Positions 8,537 through 14,238 of a DNA stretch of 32,000 bases are shown in pieces. Positions within the stretch are counted from its first letter, which is position 1. Every line of letters starts with the position of its first letter. The translations under genes were made by a program, and so were the position numbers. The notes beneath the pieces were generated by a model. The model was not told where the DNA came from. It did not search any database and saw only the letters and a program-made list of their open reading frames with translations. The stretch spans positions 2,910,001 to 2,942,000 of the forward strand of contig JALDRA010000001.1 of assembly GCA_031316235.1 (NCBI GenBank), read 5' to 3'. The stretch comes from Candidatus Scalindua sp. (GTDB taxonomy: Bacteria > Planctomycetota > Brocadiia > Brocadiales > Scalinduaceae).

Positions 8537-10402
8537 ATGTCATCAGCAGACATATCAATAGGGTTAACCGGGCTTTTAGTTGCACAACGTGCTTTACAAA
8601 CTATCGGTCACAATGTTGCAAATGTGAACACGCCGGGGTATAGCAGACAACAGGTCTCCATTAGTGCGAGAGATCCGGAGTTATCTCCCTATGGGCCCCT
8701 TGGACAGGGGGTTGCAATAGACGAAATAAGGAGAATGAAAGATGACCTGATCGATTCTCAGATACGATCCCAAACATCATTGCTTGGGAATTCTGAAATA
8801 CAGAGCAACTTACTTGAAAACCTGCAGAATGTTTTTAACGAACTATCAGATTCCAGCTTGAACAATACCCTGAATCAGTTTTTCCGGAGTTTAGAGGCAT
8901 TATCAACAGGCACTACCGAAATCAGCAAAAGGCAGCAGCTGCTGCAGGACAGCACAAACCTGGTTAATAAATTTACTACGCAGAAAACCCAATTTAACGA
9001 ACTCCAGCAGCATGCCAGTCAACAGATTACGACAAAGGTGGAGGAGTTGAATAGTATAACAGAAGAAATCGCCCTCTTAAACAAAAGGGTATCTACGGTT
9101 GAACTCTCAGGGGGTAATGCAAATGACATTCGAGATAAACGGGACAGCCTCATAACCAGGCTGAGTAAGCTTGCTGACATTAAAGTACTAAACCAGGAAA
9201 ATGGCTCAACAGATATTCTCCTCGGCGGATCGCTCGTTGTAATGGGAAGCAGTTCGGAAGTTCTTACCACATCAGCTACAGGACCGGGAACCGTCAGGAT
9301 AAACGGGATCGCACATATCAGTAGTGGAGAATTAAGGGGGCTCCTGAACATCCAGAACACAGTTATTCCGAAATATGCGGCAAAACTGGACACCCTTGCG
9401 GCAAGCATCATCAAGGAGGTAAACAATATTCACAGTGAGGGGTTGGGACTCAATGGTGGCTTTTCATCGCTGACAAGTGCGAATGCCGTCAGCAGTCCGA
9501 CTGCCCTTCTCTCGTCTACCACCAGCAATCTACCCTTTACACCTTCAGTTACTACGTATACATCCGGTACGGTAACCAGCGCAGGGTCTACCGTTACCGG
9601 AAGCGGTACTTCATTTTCAAGTAATGTGAAAGCCAATGACTGGATAAAGCTCAATGATGGGAATTTCTATAAAGTGGTATCCGTCGACAGTGATAGCCAG
9701 TTGACTATAAGTGGCTCATATACCGATGCAACTGCGATATCTACCAACATAACAGACGGCAGCCTGTACATTAGCGTGAAAGATTCTTCAGACAACATTA
9801 CCGGGAGCAGTATCAGCATTGCTTCAGATGAAACGCTCACTTCGTTATCTGCTAAAATCAGCAGTATCTCAAATATCAGTTCAAGCATCAGCAATGGTCT
9901 TTTAACCATAACTGCAGCAAGCGGCTATACGTTCAGTTTTACCAATGATTCCATAAGTGATACAGACACGGGCAATGTCCTTACATCTTTAGGATTGAAT
10001 ACTTTTTTCGAGGGTAATGATGCCTCCACTATCGGGGTAACCCAGTATATTCAAGATGATGTGTCAAGAATCGCGGCATCATCAAACTTCACGCCTGGAG
10101 ATAATAAAAACGTACTGAGACTGGGAGATCTGAAAGACAGTGCCACAACGAACAGTACAACATTTAGCGACTTTCTGCAGGGTACCGTGGCGGAGATGGG
10201 GATTGAAACAAGGCAGAGAGCCAGCGAAAAAGATGCCTTTGGTACTCTGCTCCTGAACATGGAGAATCAGCGACAGGAGATATCGGGTGTATCCATTGAG
10301 GAGGAGATGATAGACATCGTCAGATTTCAAAAGGCGTTCCAGGCATCGGCACGATACATTACGCTTGTTACCGAAGTGACCGAAACCCTTTTATCTATGT
10401 AG
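8537..10402 (+). CDS. flgK: Flagellar hook-associated protein 1 FlgK
   Basis: N-terminal AQRALQTIGHNVANVNTPGYSRQ and C-terminal ISGVSIEEEMIDIVRFQKAFQASARYITLVTEVTETLL. 621 aa with a Ser/Thr-rich central region. Confidence 0.92.
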   Translation: MSSADISIGLTGLLVAQRALQTIGHNVANVNTPGYSRQQVSISARDPELSPYGPLGQGVAIDEIRRMKDDLIDSQIRSQTSLLGNSEIQSNLLENLQNVFNELSDSSLNNTLNQFFRSLEALSTGTTEISKRQQLLQDSTNLVNKFTTQKTQFNELQQHASQQITTKVEELNSITEEIALLNKRVSTVELSGGNANDIRDKRDSLITRLSKLADIKVLNQENGSTDILLGGSLVVMGSSSEVLTTSATGPGTVRINGIAHISSGELRGLLNIQNTVIPKYAAKLDTLAASIIKEVNNIHSEGLGLNGGFSSLTSANAVSSPTALLSSTTSNLPFTPSVTTYTSGTVTSAGSTVTGSGTSFSSNVKANDWIKLNDGNFYKVVSVDSDSQLTISGSYTDATAISTNITDGSLYISVKDSSDNITGSSISIASDETLTSLSAKISSISNISSSISNGLLTITAASGYTFSFTNDSISDTDTGNVLTSLGLNTFFEGNDASTIGVTQYIQDDVSRIAASSNFTPGDNKNVLRLGDLKDSATTNSTTFSDFLQGTVAEMGIETRQRASEKDAFGTLLLNMENQRQEISGVSIEEEMIDIVRFQKAFQASARYITLVTEVTETLLSM

Positions 10403-10417
10403 TAAAGGATAGAAAAT

Positions 10418-11311
10418 ATGACTGCAAAGGTAACCCTTGAAACACTGGTAAACACAACGCTGAGGAAAATCAATTCGAGTACTTCACGTATGCAGCAGCT
10501 GCAGGAGCAGATATCATCAGGGAAAAAAATAAATCGTCCCTCCGATGGTCCCGCTGATGCAAGAAGGATCCTCAGCTTAAACACAGAAAACAATAAACTT
10601 GAACAGTACTCATCAAACATCCTGAAGGCAAAAGAAGATCTGGCAGAAAATGAGAGGGTACTGGTTAATGTGTCAGAACATATCAACAGATTGAGAGAAC
10701 TGACTGTACAGGGAAATAATGATACCAATGGCCTGGCTGAGAGAAACTCCATTTCCATTGATATTAATGCGATACTGGAATCATTGCTCCAGGAGGCAAA
10801 TGCAAAGTCATCGGGAGATTATACCTTTGCCGGTACGAAGACAACTACGAAACCCTTTACCGCAACATATGATGCTAACAATAAGATAACCGGTGTCAGC
10901 TATGAGGGAAACCAGGGAAAAATAGAATACAGGGTCGGGCCTGGGGCAACCGTCCAGATTAATCAGACAGGAGAAGAGGCCTTTATCGACACCAACCTTT
11001 TTACGACGGTAATTTCAATACGAGATAGTTTTGAGAATGGTGTAAAAAGCAGCGGGCTGGACGAATTAATTAATGCACATGTCAGCATGACAGGTTTAGT
11101 GGCAAAAGCCGGTAGTGTTGCACGGACGCTGGAACTTACTGAGAACAGGATAGAAGATGCAAAACTCTCGATTGCCGCTTCTCTCGGTGAAACAGAAGGG
11201 GCAGATCTGACCGAGGTAGTATTAAGGCTGAAGGAGCAGGAGAATATTTTTCAGGCAACACTGGCTTCCAGTACACTGATTTTTAGCACCTCTATCCTTG
11301 ATTATTTATAA
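10418..11311 (+). CDS. flgL: Flagellar hook-associated protein 3 FlgL
   Basis: Flagellin-family termini (RMQQLQEQISSGKKINRPSDGPADARR ... ADLTEVVLRLKEQENIFQATLASSTLIFSTSILDYL). 297 aa, directly after flgK. Confidence 0.88.
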   Translation: MTAKVTLETLVNTTLRKINSSTSRMQQLQEQISSGKKINRPSDGPADARRILSLNTENNKLEQYSSNILKAKEDLAENERVLVNVSEHINRLRELTVQGNNDTNGLAERNSISIDINAILESLLQEANAKSSGDYTFAGTKTTTKPFTATYDANNKITGVSYEGNQGKIEYRVGPGATVQINQTGEEAFIDTNLFTTVISIRDSFENGVKSSGLDELINAHVSMTGLVAKAGSVARTLELTENRIEDAKLSIAASLGETEGADLTEVVLRLKEQENIFQATLASSTLIFSTSILDYL

Positions 11312-11327
11312 CACTCTTTCAAATACC

Positions 11328-11759
11328 ATGATACTGAAAACCCGACTGTTTGGCAAAATTAAGGTTTTAAAAGAAGAGATAATCGATTTCACCGCGCCTA
11401 TCCTGGGTTTTGATGATTGCAGACAATACATTCTGGTTGAAAGGGAGACTTCATTCCCTACCTTCTGGCTCCAGTCAATTGACAATCCTGCACTCGCATT
11501 TCCCGTTGTGACACCCTTTTCAGTCGATGAAAACTATTCATTCACGCTCAGTTCCCGGGATTGTGAAGACATTCGTATAAAGCGGGCAGATGAAGCCGTT
11601 GTTCTTACTCTTCTGGTTGTACCACATGATATCCTGTCTATAAGGACCAACTTGCGGGCACCAATAATTTATAACCCGCAAAAAAAACTTGCAAAGCAGA
11701 TTATATTACCGGAAGAAAAATATTCGATACATTACTATATCATGGATAACAGGAATTAA
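11328..11759 (+). CDS. fliW: Flagellar assembly factor FliW (CsrA antagonist)
   Basis: MILKTRLFGKIKVLKEEIIDFTAPILGFDDCRQYILVE.. is a typical FliW N-terminus. The ORF opens at TTG 11298 and overlaps flgL, but ATG 11328 gives the canonical ~143-aa protein. Followed by csrA. Confidence 0.85.
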   Translation: MILKTRLFGKIKVLKEEIIDFTAPILGFDDCRQYILVERETSFPTFWLQSIDNPALAFPVVTPFSVDENYSFTLSSRDCEDIRIKRADEAVVLTLLVVPHDILSIRTNLRAPIIYNPQKKLAKQIILPEEKYSIHYYIMDNRN

Positions 11760-11766
11760 ACCTTAA

Positions 11767-11804
11767 GTCATGTAATGGTGTGAATACTCACACCATTACA
11801 TGAC
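11767..11804 (+). promoter_or_regulatory. Perfect 17-bp stem / 4-nt loop hairpin in the fliW-csrA spacer
   Basis: GTCATGTAATGGTGTGA-ATAC-TCACACCATTACATGAC. No U-tract follows. The structure is certain from the sequence; its function (processing, stability or attenuation) is unknown. Confidence 0.4.
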
Positions 11805-11841
11805 TCACACGATCTCCAGCATAAAACCAGGAAGGTGACAG

Positions 11842-12045
11842 ATGCTTATTCTAACAAGGAAGTTAGGTGAAAGCGTAATAATTGGAGACAACATAAAATT
11901 AACGGTTGTTGAAATAGGTACGAATCAAATTAAATTCGGGATAGAAGCACCCAAGAGTGTTACTATCCATAGAGAAGAGGTCTTTAAGAAAATAAAGGAT
12001 GAAAACGAATACTCTTCTTCTTCCAGCTTAATTGACCTCTCCTGA
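11842..12045 (+). CDS. csrA: Carbon storage regulator / translational repressor CsrA (flagellar FliW-partnered type)
   Basis: [51 protein letters not shown] is near-consensus CsrA. AGGAAGG SD upstream. Adjacent to fliW. Confidence 0.95.
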   Translation: MLILTRKLGESVIIGDNIKLTVVEIGTNQIKFGIEAPKSVTIHREEVFKKIKDENEYSSSSSLIDLS

Positions 12046-12243
12046 CGTTCAGGGTAATGATTGTCTGCAGCACTTTGAGGAAAAAAGTGTTTGAAATGTT
12101 CTCTTCTGTTTTTGCACTATCAGAAAGTTCAAAAAAAAAACGTAATTCGTGGCATTCAAGGAAGTGCCTTAGGCGATTCGTAAAATCGCCCTTACTCGTA
12201 AATCGTAAATCTCAAACAAGGGGCAGGAAAGGGAGTTGTCTTA

Positions 12244-14003
12244 ATGAAAAACATATTCTCCGGCGCTAAAAAAGGGTTCTCGCTCATCGAAATCATGATC
12301 ACGATGACCATCGTAGCGATAGTGGCCGGCATTGCAACGGTTGCCATCCTCAAGGAACGCACTGCATTTCACCAGACTGCATGCATGAGCAACCTGAGAC
12401 AGATTTCCTGGGTATGCAGATCTACTATAACGAACACGGAAAATTCCCGAAGGACGGCTACCCGGATGACTCCAATGATACCCTCCCCTCTCTGCCGAAC
12501 TTGCCCGCTATGTGCCGGAAAAAAAGACCTTTTTCTGCCCCGAAGACGACAACCCGGTCAGCACCGCCAGCTTTGCAAGCTATGACCCCTATTATGTGGC
12601 ACGAAAGGACCCCTACGATGTTGACAAACTCATCATCGGATGTCCCCACCACAGGGAGGCGAAAAAAGCCACAAATCTCTTCGGTGCAGGTGCAACCAAT
12701 ATCACCAATATCGATACCGTACTCGTTAACGGCCAGGAGATACCGCCCGACGGTACCTCTGCCGAGAGAACCATAGGCAGCATAAATGATGAAATGGTCT
12801 TCTCAGACGGAAGCAGGGTGACCATCACCGACTCCCAGTCGGGATACGGGACATACCTCGTCCAGTCGGTTCGGCTGGCAGACGGGACACTCTACAGCAT
12901 CATACGGGTTGAAGACGAGGGGACAATCGATATCCAGGTTACGGCAGGCTCTAAATTCGAGGTGGTAACACCGAGTGCCATTATCGGGGTACGGGGCACC
13001 CGGTTTACGGTCGGGACGGTTAATGCAAACAGGGCCACTACCGTCACCCTGATAACGGGAACGGTTGATGTCCTGGACAGAAATAACGGCGCAGCGCTGG
13101 AGTTGTCCATTGACGGCAGAACGACTGCCACCATAGAGGATCCTGATGAGGGTGAAGACAATGATGGTGACGGGTTTACGGGAAACCAGGGTGACTGCGA
13201 TGACGGCAACCCGGCCGTCAACCCCGCTATGGCAGAGATACCTGATAACGGGAAAGATGATGACTGTAACCCGGCCACTCCAGACAGCCTTCTCAATACA
13301 GATGATGACGGTGATGGATTTACCGAGATCCAGGGGTGACTGCGATGATGCCAATCCAGCCGTCAACCCCAGTATAGCCGAGATACCCGGCAATGGAATC
13401 GATGATGACTGCAGCTCTGCAACCTCAGACAGTCTTCTCGATATAGACAATGACGGTGACGGATTTACCGGGAACCAGGGTGACTGTGATGATGCCAATC
13501 CAGCCGTCAACCCCAGTATAGCCGAGATACCCGGCAACGGAATTGATGATGACTGCAGCTCTGCAACCCCAGACAGTCTTCTCGATATAGACAATGACGG
13601 TGACGGATTTACCGGGAATCAGGGTGACTGCGATGATGCCAATCCAGCTGTCAACCCCAGTATAGCCGAGATACCTGATAACGGGATAGACGATGACTGT
13701 AATACCACAACACTGGACACTGATCCGGATATAGATAATGATGGTGATGGCTTTACCGAGAATCAGGGTGATTGTGATGATACAGACTCTCAAGTATATC
13801 CAGGAAAATTTCCGCCAATACCATACAACGGGAAGGACGATGACTGTAATCCATTAACACCTGATGACGACCTTGATGGTGATGGTTATGGCATAGCCAC
13901 AGACTGTTTTGATTTAAATCCAAACGTTAATCCCGGGATGACTGAGATACTTAATAATTGGATAGATGATGACTGTAATCCATTAACACCTGATGTACCA
14001 TAA
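12244..14003 (+). pseudogene. Frameshifted paralogue of the giant pilin-like gene (prepilin signal + FecR-like + Cys/Asp-rich repeats)
   Basis: MKNIFSGAKKG|FSLIEIMITMTIVAIVAGIA prepilin motif. Homology to the 14239-17088 product can be followed through frame 1 -> 3 -> 2 -> 3. The breaks are at ~12412 (tgg g-t atg, 1 nt missing), 12485-12488 (C-run, 1 nt missing) and 13333-13336 (GGGG where the repeats have GGG, 1 nt extra, creating TGA 13337-13339). Track ORFs 12244-12585, 12381-12776, 12512-13339 and 13146-14003 are its pieces. Confidence 0.75.
13157..14000. repeat. In-frame tandem repeats: five 144-bp (48-aa) units plus one shorter unit, inside the pseudogene
   Basis: Units start at 13157, 13301, 13446, 13590, 13734 and 13869. 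Each encodes DNDGDGFTGNQGDCDDANPAVNPSIAEIPGNGIDDDCSSATPDSLLDI or a variant. Units 2-3 differ at only a handful of positions over their last ~110 nt, and units 3-4 over their first ~85 nt. Confidence 0.9.
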
Positions 14004-14238
14004 GTGGAGATAGTCATGTTATAGCTTATCGAGCTTTTACGGAACGAATCAAAATCAGGCGGTTAAAAATTCTTGATTACGATTTGCGAATGACGAATTG
14101 AAAGTATGAAGACACCTACCCGGCTTTGTCATTCAGGTGGGAAAGTCAACAGCTAGTGCCCAGAATATGATTCATCCGTATAAGTGGAAAGAGTATCGAA
14201 TGTAGAATTCTGACTTGAAGCTGCTGACTTCATATAAC

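Noticed and set aside
12046-12243. Possibility of a CsrB/RsmZ-like decoy sRNA after csrA
   Set aside because: There are only four GGA motifs in ~200 nt, about the chance expectation, and no array of GGA-loop hairpins or clear terminator. Retained only as a possible CsrA-regulated leader.
12057-12269. 70-aa highly basic ORF between csrA and the first pilin-like gene
   Set aside because: It has no RBS, runs through an A10 tract and small hairpins, and overlaps the well-supported 12244 start. It is more plausibly 5' UTR.
12803-13793. Long antisense ORFs over the repeat array (12803-13594 -, 263 aa; 12892-13296 -; 13425-13793 -)
   Set aside because: They mirror the GAT/GAC/GGT-rich sense repeats, which leave the opposite strand free of stops. 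Their products are low-complexity, they have no RBS, and the sense strand has clear homology to the downstream paralogue.
13157-14000. Regular 144-bp repeats as a possible CRISPR or satellite array
   Set aside because: The units abut without unique spacers, are in-frame coding sequence for a known Cys/Asp-rich motif, and no cas genes are present.
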